A stretch of 64,000 nucleotides of DNA, taken from positions 47,182,001 through 47,246,000 of the forward strand of contig NC_135816.1 in NCBI RefSeq assembly GCF_964213995.1, in the 5' to 3' direction. Made by a program: the position numbers and the translations under genes. Under the pieces are notes generated by a model. The model did not search any database and was not told where the DNA came from. It saw only the letters and a list, made by a program, of their open reading frames with translations. Source of the DNA: Mustelus asterias (taxonomy: Eukaryota). This document shows, one piece after another, positions 39,223-51,782 of the stretch (positions within the stretch are counted from its first letter, which is position 1; each line of letters starts with the position of its first letter).

Positions 39223-42200
39223 AATTAAATTTAATCATATCATTTTGAAAAAAATATTTTCTTTTGTTTGAACCTTTACTTTGGATGATAGAAGGCAGTT
39301 ACTGAGGGAAAGCAGACAGATGAAAAAAGCTCAAATGATAAAAATTTGCCAAAATCTTTTTCATCCCATGAGGCAAGCTTCAAGGCAGGGAGGGAGGATT
39401 TTCTGAGAAATACTCAGTGTTCCTGCCTTCAGGTAATCTTCCCAGTGACAGGTCACCATTTGCAGAGCCTAACAGCCTGGCAGAAAAGGTTAGCCAACCT
39501 CATAATTAAGTGCTCATTTGTGGGCTGATTGGATATTCCATCAGGATCTTTCAGGCAATGAGAGTCAGGCCCAGCAGGAGCCTGGTATCACTTGCTAGAT
39601 ATTGGCTTGAGTTGCCATCAGCACCTTCTGTTTTGACACACTGGAGTCATGGGCATGAGTAGACCACAGCTCCCCTGGCTGACAGGGGTGGCCTGTAGCT
39701 GTGCTATATCTAATTGAATTCAATCCATCTTCAAAAGGCATCTCAAGATGGAGGCACCCTCATGTCCCTACTCTGATAGGGCAGCACCCACTACTGGCTG
39801 GGCTGTTGCCCTTCCAAGGTTGTAGGCCCACTGCTCAGGCTTGCAGCCTTGGAAAGTTGGTTCCCGTGCTTAATTGGATGACAGGCCCAAAGGCTTAATT
39901 GGCCACCTCTGGGAAGGTAACCCAGGCTGGCACCCTGACAAGCAAAGAGAGGTCAGGACTCAGAAATGGTCCCGGTTCACACTTACAGCTGAAAAGCAGA
40001 AGATTACGCTCAGTTTGACCAAACTTTGGAGAATAGTCACCTGGTGACTAAGGTGTATAATAATAAGTTTTCACTGTATGCATACACATCAGAATTTATA
40101 TTAATCTTGTACAAAAGTGTGGCAAGGAGTGACATCATTAAATAACATTTCGTAGAAAGACATAAGGGGAGGAATTTCATAACAGCAAGAATACTGGAGT
40201 GGAACGCACTGATCTCTCAGGCGCATTCCAGACCGCAATCATCCCACACTTAGTCATTTGTTTTAAACCTGGTGCATTAGGTGCACATTTCATTTTTGTC
40301 ATATTCATATACCCTAGACTTACTTTGACTTATTTTTAAAGCATTGAAAAATTAAAGGTATTTATTTAAGATTAAATTTTCCTCTGCCATAAAATTCAAA
40401 ATTGGAAAATAGGACCAGTAGAATTGCATTGACACCTCTAATAAGCCACGTTCAATTTCTCTACCTCCCCTGATGCAAGGAAGTGAATAGTGCAATCTCA
40501 AAGCAACCAACAACCAAAAATAGACCATCAAGATTACACCATACAAGACAAAAAATACACAGTGTCCAATTACTGCCACGAGATATCATTAATATTGTAG
40601 TAAGTCAGCCACACGTCAGATTCCGTCACCAACACCCTTGATTATGAACCAAAGGAAAAGGCCACTCCCGCTGCTTACAGTCAGGCAGTCCTCACCTCGG
40701 GATCTACAACTCCAGTGCGAGTAAAATTACAGGCTTAAAAACCCCTGCTGGCCATAAAGTTAGGTCAATGATCAACTAAAAGGGACGATCACAGCTCCGA
40801 TTTCTATTCCTGTCCTTAAACCCTTTCCAGTAAGAGCTATATCACAATGATCAGAAGTGGGAACCTTGGCTGATTTTCCCTCCCTCTACCCGGGGTAATG
40901 AAGCCAAAAGTGGCAGCTGCCACTGATGCCTCAGCTTAGATCAACTAATTCAACAAAGACCAGGGGTTCAGCCTGGGTCTCTTCTGACCTGTCTGCCTCA
41001 GCCAGGCTATAATTTCTCAATTGAACTATTTCTAAAATGAATAGTATTTCTAAAAAGATATTAAAATCAAACCCAACCAGCAACAAACGAGGTTTTAATT
41101 TGACATTTGCCTTTTTCTTTAATAAATTAGTGCTGAACTGGACCGGCAAATCATCCTTCAAACCATTGGACACGCATACAGTTTTGCATATTGAGTTCAC
41201 AGCCACTAAGAAAATGGAACATAATTACCTACTTGTTTCCTCCAGAACTTTACAAGTTGCCAAAGAGGAGACGTTAACCTTTGTCTGCCAGGTAAATACA
41301 CAGATGAAAGGAATTATGTTCCTACGCAGTTCCTGCCAAATCCTTCAGGCTGCCACCTTGTACAACCAGAATGTAAGTGCAACAGGGGGCACTTTAGTAC
41401 AAGTAGCTTTTCCTTCCTGTTGAACCATTTTGCATCCTGTTTTATTCAGGTTATGTGAATGTAGCATAAATGTATTTTTAAAAATGTAAATGAGTTCTTT
41501 CTGCATTGTTCTTAATACAGAAACTGTATTTCCTTGAATCTGTTAAAGAAAATGTTTATATAGTACTATTCAGGAGATTTCAACGCAATCTTCAGTCTCC
41601 CTATGGAAGCACGCCAGAAAGTACTTACTGACACATTATGAAGGTCACTTATGTTACAGGGACATCTGTTACCCTAGGAGGGAAATGTAATTAATAACAA
41701 GGGTAACCTAAAAACAGTTTGGAAACTAACAATCTTACAATATTAATCTTGAAAATCTGTATCCAAAGTGAGCCATCCTTAGTTTTAACTTTCAGAAAAG
41801 TACAACACTTTGGTTTGACTAAAATGGGACATTACCAACACAATCGGTTAACAATACCTGACAGAAAAATTACAAAAGCTAGCTGGTAATTTCTGGATAT
41901 ATTCAATCTAAAAGTGTTCCGCGTAGAGCAATGGTTCTGGAATGACATCTATTTATTAATTTTTAAAACACGGGTGTTAGAAGTGAAGATAAATGTTCAG
42001 ATATACAATATAACACAAACTATTCCCAGCAACAAGTGTGTCAAGGACACGTAGAATTTTCATGGCAGCTTATTAATGCTGCTGCCAGTAAATAAATATG
42101 TCAGAAAACTCCTCAGTGTGACCGTCACCTTCCTTTTCTCTCGTCCTCTTGGGATATGGTTCCACACATCGATCTAGAGCTGAATTCTTAGGCCCTGTTG

Positions 42201-43109
42201 GGAAATTCCACACTTGCCTATCTCCGTGCCTATCCCCCAACCACATCCAAACCCCTTGCCATTTTTCTGGCAGCTGGATGGGGCAGGGTTGGGTGGGGTG
42301 ACTGGAATACATACCTACAAACAGCAGGGTAGCCATTTTGTCATGGCCTATTGTCAGAGAAACTTTCCAGTCAGCCTCTGGGTCCCCAAAGGTGAGAGGG
42401 GACAGTGCAGCTGCCCAGAGGCCTCCCAAGGCAGACCAGGGTGCCTGCGCTCCACGCAGGCTCAAAGGCCTTCCATGCTTGTCTGGCTCCAGCTGCAGTC
42501 TCAGTCACTGTGTGAGGGGAGAGTGTTCCCCAGGTGATAGCTCAATCCATTTTTTATGTTAAGCTAATAGCATTGGAGCAAAGGCACTATCAACTCCCTT
42601 AAAAGACCAATTTCTGTTCCTTCATTGCTGGGAGGCTTCCTATTTGCCATCCAGCTTTGAGAGTCCATGCAGTCCTTAATTGACAGTGAGCGCCACCCTC
42701 TGACCACCATTTGATCAATTCAGGGAAAATCACTGATCCTGACGGCTGGGTCCAGGTGGTGAACATCCTGCCCTTAAAGTCTTAATTTATGAGGCTAGAT
42801 TTTTTTTTGCGGACTACTGAGTTGTGGAGGCTGATTCCTAATGTCACACAACATTTGCACATGCACATTTTCCAAAGGGGGCCATTGGATGGCAATCACT
42901 GTTAACTGTATATTAATAGAGTGTTTAAATATAAGATGGTGGGATTTAACTGGAGGCTGACTCATGCTCAAATGTGTAGGAGCAGACCAAAACTGTGGTG
43001 TTTGGATCTGGAGTTGCATGTTTGTATTGTGCATCTCTGTAAATAAAAGTTTATTAAATGTGTAAATATTAGGCTCCAGTTTCTGCCTGGCTATCTTGCA
43101 GAGAACAAT

Positions 43110-43870
43110 CGGGAGCAGAAATTTGGCGAATGGGGATAGTGATCGACTGGGGGGGGTGAGTGGGGGTAGTGATCGACTGGGGGGGGGGGTGAGTAGGGGC
43201 AGTGATCAACTGGGGGGGTGAGTAGGGGCAGTGATCAACTGGAGAGTGAATGGGGGTGGCATTCAATTGGGTAGGTGAATGGGGGCAGCGGTTGACTGGG
43301 GGGAGGTGAATGGGGGCAGCAATCGACAGGGCAGTGTTCGGCCGGGGGGGTAAACTGGGGAGCGATCAACTCGGGGTGCGCAAACAGGAGCAGTGATTGC
43401 TGGGGTCTGGTAAACGGGGGGGCGGGGGGGGACGACGATCGACCAAGAAGGGGGGGTGAACGAGGGGGGGGCAATTAACCATGGGGGGGGGGGGGGGGGG
43501 AGTGAACAAGGCAGCAATCTGCTGGGGGTGGGGGAAATTGGGCGGGGTGCATCGTGATCAGGAGGGGGTCCGTGACCGGGAGCCTGCAACAGCGGGGTGG
43601 AGGTGCGATGTCCTATTGCTATACTATTGTACATAATACATTGGGAGTTCAGGTGCATGCGCAACAGATGTCCCAGCAGTCAGCAACTGGCTTCACAGAG
43701 TGAATAGACTCCGTCCACTCCACTACTGGCACGAATGGTCTCATTTGGTCTCATTTTTTTCCTTGAGTGTGATAAGACTTGAACTTTTCTCTCACCGAAA
43801 AAATAGGTCTGAAACTCTCCTGTTTTCATACTCGGTCAGCACTTAGAATTCTTTTAATAAGATCACCCCC
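43110..43870. mobile_element. Harbinger-type MITE fragment with G-rich gatc(g/a)actgggggg repeats
   Basis: Right end cagcacttagaattcttttaataagatcacccc resembles 33578-33611. Confidence 0.6.
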
Positions 43871-44255
43871 TATGACTCACAACACATCTGAGGTGCCCTG
43901 AACCTGGCCCCGACTCTGTGAAAATTGTGGAGGAGTAGGACATACTTATCCCACAATGCAGCCAGCCAGGTTGGGAATGCAGAGAGCTGGTTTAAGTAAA
44001 AGACACTATTAAAATTTGCAAACCCTGCGAATGGGTCCAGAATCGGGACCCACCTGCCATTTCTCAAGGGCTAGTAATTCACCCAGAAAATTGACTCATT
44101 TCCAAATGGTGGAATTGGTGCTTTTCGGCTAAAAAAAATTGGATATGTTGCCAATTTTCCACTTCTGATGATTTCAGTGACTTTAATGCTCAAAAACATG
44201 TTCTGCTTGGATTAAACTGAATTGAAATAAAGACGAATGTGTCGTGAGGCCTCTT

Positions 44256-44430
44256 TGTACAACTTCCAGAACATATAGGCTGCATGTTCCATACAACCTC
44301 CAGTATATGTAGGCTGGCATGTTCTGTACAACCTCCAGAACATATAGGCTGGCATGTTCTGTACACCGTCCAGTACATATAGGCTGGCATGTTCTGTACA
44401 ACCTCCAGAACATATAGGCTGGCATGTTCC
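44256..44430. repeat. Minisatellite, 5 x 35 bp
   Basis: Unit tgtacaacctccagaacatataggctggcatgttc. Confidence 0.95.
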
Positions 44431-45541
44431 AGTGTCTCTGACCTCGTTTGCTCATGGGGTAATCGAAGTTAAGTGCAGCCATGTTTAGTAAAGTCGACAG
44501 TCGAATCTTGATTAAGCTCCCAATTATGATCTTTGAAACATTCCCGTATTAATATTATATTAATGACCTTTTTGCTGATTCTCCACCCACGGCCCTCTCC
44601 TTATTGGCACCACAGTGCGCAGATACAACTTGATTGTGGACTCCATCAGAGCAGCTACTTTATCAGAGTTATTTGGACCGGCTTTCCCCACGACGCTTGA
44701 GCTCTGAAGCTCTGAGCTCTGAAGCGCTTTGTACATTCACTGCTGAGCCCAGTGCTGCTGACAGCATCTTGTTCGATCGGCAGATCTCTGAAACCGCTGC
44801 AGGTAGTGAAAACGTTACAACTCCTGAAGCGGATGCCAGTGTGAGAAAAATCCGTGTGTATATGAGACTGGAAATGTTTCGGTCCGAACCAGTTTCATTT
44901 CTCATGCTGCTATAATGGCAGTCGCTGCGATACTGAATTTGCGTTTCAACAATGGCAAATACCTTGTTTACAACATCTGTGTCAAAGGGTGAAAGGCTGG
45001 AGTGGCTTCATACCCTGTAAGGGAAAACTAATCCCTGGGATTGGATATGTTAATTTCTGGAAGGTTTGGAATAGCCAATTTTTTTCACTGAACACTATTA
45101 CAACCACCTGAGCACCTTTCTGGAACGCTAACTTTTTGTTTTGTGCATCCTCCCTCAAAATAAAAGACCTGTTTGCAAAACACTTTCTGTTCCTTACCGA
45201 GGAGACGAGCCCTGGGTTTCTTTATATGATAATTTAAAAAAACTGGGCTGAATTAGCAGCGAGAGCAATGCATGCAGACGCCAACTTGTGAAGGGGCAGC
45301 TGTCTGGCCTGTATTCAGCCGATTGAATTGCTCGGATCAGAAAAAAACATCCCACAAATTGTGCGGCGGTTCCAATCAGCTGCTGTGCCTGCTGATCAAC
45401 AAGATAAATGAGCACAGAGACCCCCAGATGGGAACCGAGGAACTCAGGAGTCAGCCTCGAGCAATCTACAGCCAGAGAATCGATCGAATGAGGAGGAAAG
45501 AGTGGCAATGGGGAAAAGACTGGTGGTAAGCAAGAGGCAGG

Positions 45542-46215
45542 ATGATTTGATTTATTATTGTCACATGTATTGGGATACATGGACAAATATTGTTTCTTAT
45601 GCGGTATACAGACAAAACATACCATTCAGGGTGGCACGGTGGCATATTGGTTGGCACTGCTGCCTCACAGCGCCATGGACCCTGGCTTGTGTCACTGGCA
45701 GTGCGGAGTTTGCAAGTTCTCCCCGTGTCTGCGTGGGTTTCCTCCAGTTTCTTCCCGCAGTCGGAAAGACGTGCTGGTTAGGTACATTCCGACCATGCTA
45801 AATTCTCCCTCAGTGTACCCGAAAAGGTGCCGGAGTGTGGCGACAAGGGGATTTTCACAATAACTGCATTGCAGTGTTGATGGAAGCCTACTTGTGACAA
45901 TAATAAATAAACTTTAATTCGTAGAGTACATAGGAGAGAAGGAGAGGGTGCAGAATATAGTGTTATAGTCATAGCTAGGGTGCAGAGAAAGATCAGCTTA
46001 ATATATGGTAGATTCACTCAAAGGTCTGATGGCAGCGGGGAATAAGCTGTTATTGGGTCTGTTGGTACGTGTTCTCAGACTTTTGTATCTTTTTCCCAAC
46101 GGAAGAAGGTGGAAGAGAGTATGTCCAGGGTGCCTGGTGTCCTTGATTATGCTGGCTGCTTTTCCGAGGCAGCGGGAAGTGTAGACAGAGTCAATGGATG
46201 GGAGGCTAGTTTGCT
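45542..46215 (-). mobile_element. Rex1 LINE 3' end, interrupted by a SINE
   Basis: Reverse complement matches 31280-31525 and supplies the true 3' tail tacatgtgacaataataaatcaaatc. Confidence 0.85.
45628..45916 (+). mobile_element. V-SINE, alternative tail, inside the Rex1 3' UTR
   Basis: Head, core and tacttgtgacaataataaataaacttt. Confidence 0.9.
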
Positions 46216-46342
46216 TGGTGGATGGTAGATGGTAAACTGGAGATTACAAAACTCGATGGTAGAGATAATGTCAGAGAGAACCAAAAAAAATGAGCTAAAA
46301 CGAAAAGATTGAGAGACGCCATTAACACATAAGAGACAAAAG

Positions 46343-46440
46343 AAAGACTTGCGTTTTATATGGAGCTTTTCACAACCACTGAGCCTCTCGGGGTGCTTTA
46401 CAGCCAATTTGGGACTTTCAAATGACAGCAGCTAGTTTTC
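46343..46440 (-). mobile_element. Old DeuSINE/L2-type 3' tail
   Basis: gacttgcgttttatatggagcttttcac...gctttacagccaat resembles the L2-derived SINE tail. Confidence 0.4.
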
Positions 46441-46465
46441 GCAAAGTCTCTCAAACAGCTATGTT

Positions 46466-47237
46466 TGGCCCAAGATTTCTGATCTCCAGGAGGTATCCCA
46501 AGGATGCACTGCCCCACCCAAGCTCCCACAAAAGGATTACATAACCATTTCCCCTGAAGTCAAACTTCTGTTAGGCAATTGGCCTGCACTGGGAACCATC
46601 TGATACTCCAATTTAATTTGCAGATCAGATGGTCCCAACTATCTTACAGGTTGGAAGGATTAAATCCACTTCCAACTCCTGGTAACTATAGTACTGACTG
46701 CATCCGGACCTACTCCCTGATTACAACCACACTGCCCCCAACCCCCACTCCCTGACCTCCCACAGGAGCCTCTGACCACCCCCACCTGACTACCATTCTG
46801 ACCCCCAAGTATCTCCCCACCCCAACTACCTTCCCCCCCTCCCTGACTACCGTCATGACCACCCCCTCTGACTATCCCTCAGAGACCACTCAAACACCCA
46901 ACAACCATCTGACGCTCCCAACCAGCCCACCACTGACCACCATTCAGTGAGCACTCAAACCCCCCTTAACAACTGACCACCTGACCTCCTCCCCCACCCC
47001 ACTTACTTTAGACACTTATCTTCTCCCTAGCTTTTCAAAGTGCTTGCATTTTTAAACCTAGTGCTGTAGAAAAGGAGGCATAGCTCCCATTTCCCCTCCT
47101 CTCCTGCACTCAACTTAAGGACTCAGGAACCCACTGCACTGCATTCTTCTCACCTGGCCCATGTCGGAAGGTTAGGTGAGAAAGGTGCTGATGGAGAGGC
47201 AATCAACTGTGATGACAGTCCATGCAAGTTCTGGCCA
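46466..47237. mobile_element. Old TIR element with C-rich ctgacc/ctgact repeats
   Basis: Approximate termini ggcccaagattt ... aagttctggcc. Confidence 0.4.
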
Positions 47238-47959
47238 ATATCATAAAACAGGAAATGCTGGGAACATTCAACGGGTCTGGCAGCATACGTGGAAGAGAAA
47301 ACAGGGTTCCTATTCAGGGCTAAGGTGAGGGACAAGCAGAGAGGAGTTTTGACTGGGCAGCTAGGGGAAGGAGGAAAGCAACAGAACGAGCTGAATGGAT
47401 AATCTCAATATTAGTGACTAAGAAGTTTATGAGCTTCTTGGAGTTGAAGGTGGAGGAGGTGGGAAGAAGGATTCTTTAAATACGTGATTTCTTGTTATTT
47501 GATCATTAAAGACTTTAGAAGAATGAAAACTTCTCCTTCTGGAACCAGCTGCATAAAGCTGCCCATGTGTAAAAACAGGACTAGGAACATAAATACAAAT
47601 TTTGCCAAGAGTCAGGCCTTGTGACTTCATAGAATTTGAAAGTCCAATTGTTCACTGTTTTCTGCTGAGTTGAAAAGCCCATCTGATGGACTCAATATTA
47701 TTCCAGGAATAAACATTCTATTTCTTTGAAAGCAGCACGTTAGAAATCCAACTTCAATCATTGAAGGAAACAACTTCCGAACCAATCTTCGTCCAGGATA
47801 AAGTCTTTGCTTCATAGCAACATTCCTGCTCCTTCCTTGAGTCTCTATTTGGGCAATGGCATGCCCACTGGAGTTACACTGTGTCGAAACTCTGTAGGTA
47901 TAGACTGTTACCACCTTCTCCATCTCCAGGATCAATACTGATGTATTCTTTTAATTCAT

Positions 47960-48100
47960 TAAATAAAAGCAAATTACTGCGGATCCTGCAATCTGAAGCA
48001 AAAACAGAAAATACTGGAAAATCTCAGCAGGTCTGGCAGCATCTGTGAAGAGAGAATAGAGTCAATGTTTCAAATCTGGAAGACCCTTCATCAGAGCTGG
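47960..48100 (-). mobile_element. Penelope-like 3' end with degenerate hammerhead
   Basis: Reverse complement agct-CTGATGA-a-gggtc-ttcca-gattt-GAAA-cat-tg-act...cagatgctgccagacctgctgag. Confidence 0.7.
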
Positions 48101-50839
48101 GCCTCTGGATTATTATTCCAGTGATATTACCATTACGCCATGCTCTCTCCCATTATTTTAATTCGCCTGACAGCTTTTCTAAAACATTTTCATTCAAATC
48201 AAGTGAATTTTCATTTTAGCACAAAGAATAACTTCTAAATAATGTGCATCAAAGAATTGTTTCTGTAGCCACTAAGCAATTCCATCATTTCGCCTACTCC
48301 TCCCATAGTACCACTCCCATCCTATTCCCATCCCTCTCATCAATCCCATTCTATCCCTCAATGAAGCACCCTCTCCAGCCAGGGTAACCTTGTCAGATTC
48401 CTCTTATCTTACATTGTTTTTGTTCTCCACCAGCTGCGCCACTGCTGCCACCAAGCACTGGTAGTTGCACATGTGTCATGCACTCTAGTCCTCCATGGTC
48501 CAGGAACCTCTCACCAAACCAACCCGAACAACAGATGTCTCCTTGAATTGACCAGAACAGTCCGTGCAGACAAAAACTGAATATTATTATTATAAACTTC
48601 TATACAGCAGGTCCATGACAATGATGTGCTTGACAAATTCGGAACCAAAGTGCAACAAAATCTTTGAGAAATCAATGGATTCTGATCATTTTGAAATGAT
48701 AATGTAACACATTGTGATAGTTACAGTGAGTATTTTATATCTGTGTAGATTGAACACTCTTCTGTCTGATGGAAAGTGTTATGCAAAATAACTATAAGCA
48801 AATCATCCTTGGGCACTCATTATTATTAATATAGTTCTTCTGGTGTAGCAGGTTATAAAATGGTTAACTGAGTTAGAATTATAAAGGCTTAGGCACCTCA
48901 TAGTGCTGCAGTTTCATTAAAGAGTAAAAAGAAATACATTCATTTTGGAAACTCTAGTTAGCTATGCACCTTCCTCCAAATTACACATCATCTTGATTTG
49001 GACATATACTGCTAACTCTTCATCATTGGTAAGTCTAAAGTCTGGTACTCCCTCAATTGTACTGTGTGAGTAGCTTTACTGTACAGGCTGCAATAAATTA
49101 CTTAAGGTAGCTCATCACCACCTTCTCAAGGACACTCGGGACAAGTAATAAATGCTATCCCAAGAATGGCTTTTTAAAATGTTGTACAAGAAAGAAAAAC
49201 AAATATTTTAAAAAGTTAGATACTATTATCACAGTAATGTCTTAGACTTTTGGCATTCTCATTGAACAGGAATTAAATTTTAACTGTAACCTTAAACACA
49301 TTCCAACATCCTTACTTGCACTAATTTTAACTGGTGCTAAAACTGTCCCCTATTGAAGCCTGAAGTTGACTTTATAAAAATTGAGTAGACATCACCTGTA
49401 GATGTTTAGTTGTATGAATTAGGAACTTTCACTAAAAAGAATCACAAGAAAAAGTTATGAATTTTTTTTTTAAAGCTGACAAAAACTAACAAAAGATGAA
49501 TATCTACAAACATTAAGAATGAAAGATGCCCTATTTCCAAACTTGCTATAATTCTATACCTTTCCCAATTAATTACAGAGCATGGTAAGTTGTTTCATCT
49601 TAATGAGACACATGATTTTTAAATGTGTGTTTCAGGTGTGAATTTTGCACATTATATGTGGCAGAATGCAATTTTTAAGCACAATTTTGAGAATAAAGCT
49701 CCTGATAAATGGTTATTTGGTCTAGGTAGCATTTATGTTCCACATGAGTCTTCCCCAACCCCCCACTCCATCTAACTAAATCAGTATATTCTTCTATTTC
49801 TTTCTCCCTAAGTTTTAAGAGCTATTATTAAGCCATCATACTTCTTCCTTGATATTTAAATACAATGCCCATTGAGAGGAAAAAGCTTACTTAAAATCCA
49901 ATAATCTACATCTAAGTTATTAGAAAGGAGAAATGCTTACAGTCGATAGATAAAACAACACAGTACCACAAATCGCTTCACACAGGGTTCCAGTCAAGTA
50001 AAGGCTGGGGAAGTCAATGTTCTTATTTTCTGCTTGGTTAACTGGATAATGGAACACTCCTGTCTATTGATTTACATGCCCTGTATCTGACACGAGCCCT
50101 ATTTACTATCACAGTTATTTTTTCATGTATACATTTGTTTCCTCAAAAATATTTTCAGCAAAACACCACTCTAGGAGTTGGTACCTTAACTTCTCCCACA
50201 CTGCTACAAAATAACCCTATATTCATATGCATCCTTTATTGATATTATTTATTTACACAGACACTTTCTAGTTCAATGCAAATTGTGATATTATTTATTT
50301 GGCAGCAAAGCTATCCAATGCATAATACCTTCAAAAACAAAGATTTATAGCACAGTATGTGTGTAGAAAATACTGGATAATTCTGAGTAATTTCACACCA
50401 ATTAATAAATTGAATTTAGCTGTGGGATTGATACTGCTTTCTTAATCTTCTAAAAGTTTTATTCCCCCTCTCCCCTCCCCAAACAACAACTATCATGCAA
50501 GTGTAATGTATTTCATTAAGTTTTCAATGAAATTGATTCATATTGATTGCTTTGATTCATTGGACATTTAAAAATAAAGTTATACATTCTGAGCAGTACA
50601 GCTATAACAAGATGCCCTTTAGGTTGTTTTATTTAACATAAAATTAATTATCCAAAGTATTTTTAAGGGAGTAGGGGCTTTCTTAGATAATTGTCAAAGT
50701 AATGCTTAAAGACCTGGACTGAGCTAGGAAATAAAACCCTGTTGGATACCATGAGGACAGTGGAATCATCAGATTTTATTATAATAGTTGCCATTCAAAT
50801 AAATTTCCTGTTTCAAAGCTGGTCTTCCTTGGACACCTT

Positions 50840-51374
50840 GGGGCAGAAATTCACCTGAGCCCAGCTTTGGTGCACCCAGCCAACAGGCATGAGACCAGCC
50901 TAAAATTGGGCCTTGGGCCTTCTAAGCATTTAATGTACAAATTGCTCATAGCTCTCACACCTGCAGAGGCAGCTTTCACATTTGAACAACACAAATGTTG
51001 AGCCGCAGGCTTCACCAGCAGTGATGGAAAATTAGTCCCAGGAAGTGTTTGGCACATGCAACTTGCTGCGGGATGGTAGAAGCACCTCTGCTTCTGCTGG
51101 CTCCACAGGAAGGTTGTTGTAAAACTTTGAACTTAAAAAAGTGCTTGATTTGTTGGCCACCAAAGAAGCCTGAATAGGACAGGCTTGATTCTTATTACCC
51201 AATTTCACAGTTGAGACTTAAAATATTTTACACGTGAGTGGTTTAACAAGGTGGCAACCAGTTGTTCCTTGAAAAGTGGCTTGACTCAATTTCGGGTTGG
51301 ATTTTTTTCAGCCATCCTGAAGACACAGGACCTAGATTCCAAATATTGGGTCTCATTGTGTAAATTTTACCCCC
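50840..51374. mobile_element. Old TIR element
   Basis: Termini gggcagaaattcac ... gtaaattttacccc. Confidence 0.45.
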
Positions 51375-51782
51375 TTAAAATGACGCAACAATAATAATTT
51401 CAATAATAAAAATAATTTCTATATCTTCTGTTGTATACTGTAAATTTTGAAAAATTATGAGTTTAAAAATAACATTTGTCCTGTATATTTGTTCAAAAAC
51501 ATATGCAATGTAATTAAAATGTTTATTAAATGTTATTACAGTAAATGTATTCTATTTCTAATAGAAAACCCACAAAACATTCGTGATTTGGTTCATGATC
51601 GTTATTTCAAACTTTTACTTACATAGAGATGATTGTTGGCAATAAAAGCTAAATTTAACTGTCGAACAAAAAAGACCAGGCCATATCTACATCTGTGTGT
51701 GCATGCCTTGATATGTTTTGTTGAATGAGCTGTACACTGTCAGTAGAATCACTAGCATGCTAACTTCCTCATTGCACATTAT

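Noticed and set aside
40810-41010. Ancient LF-SINE-like element (also ~20150-20345)
   Set aside because: Resemblance is from memory only and too decayed to call without an alignment
41245-41372. Plus-strand exon candidate (Ig-like LTFVCQV or TNFR-like CLPGKYTD readings)
   Set aside because: Motifs incomplete, no partner exons, competing donors; cannot be supported
44256-44430. 35-bp repeats as a CRISPR array
   Set aside because: Contiguous units with no unique spacers, no cas genes, eukaryotic context
47627-47935. 102-aa minus ORF in unique sequence (also hydrophobic ORF 40352-40579)
   Set aside because: Non-ATG start, no recognisable domain or splice support; length within chance expectation
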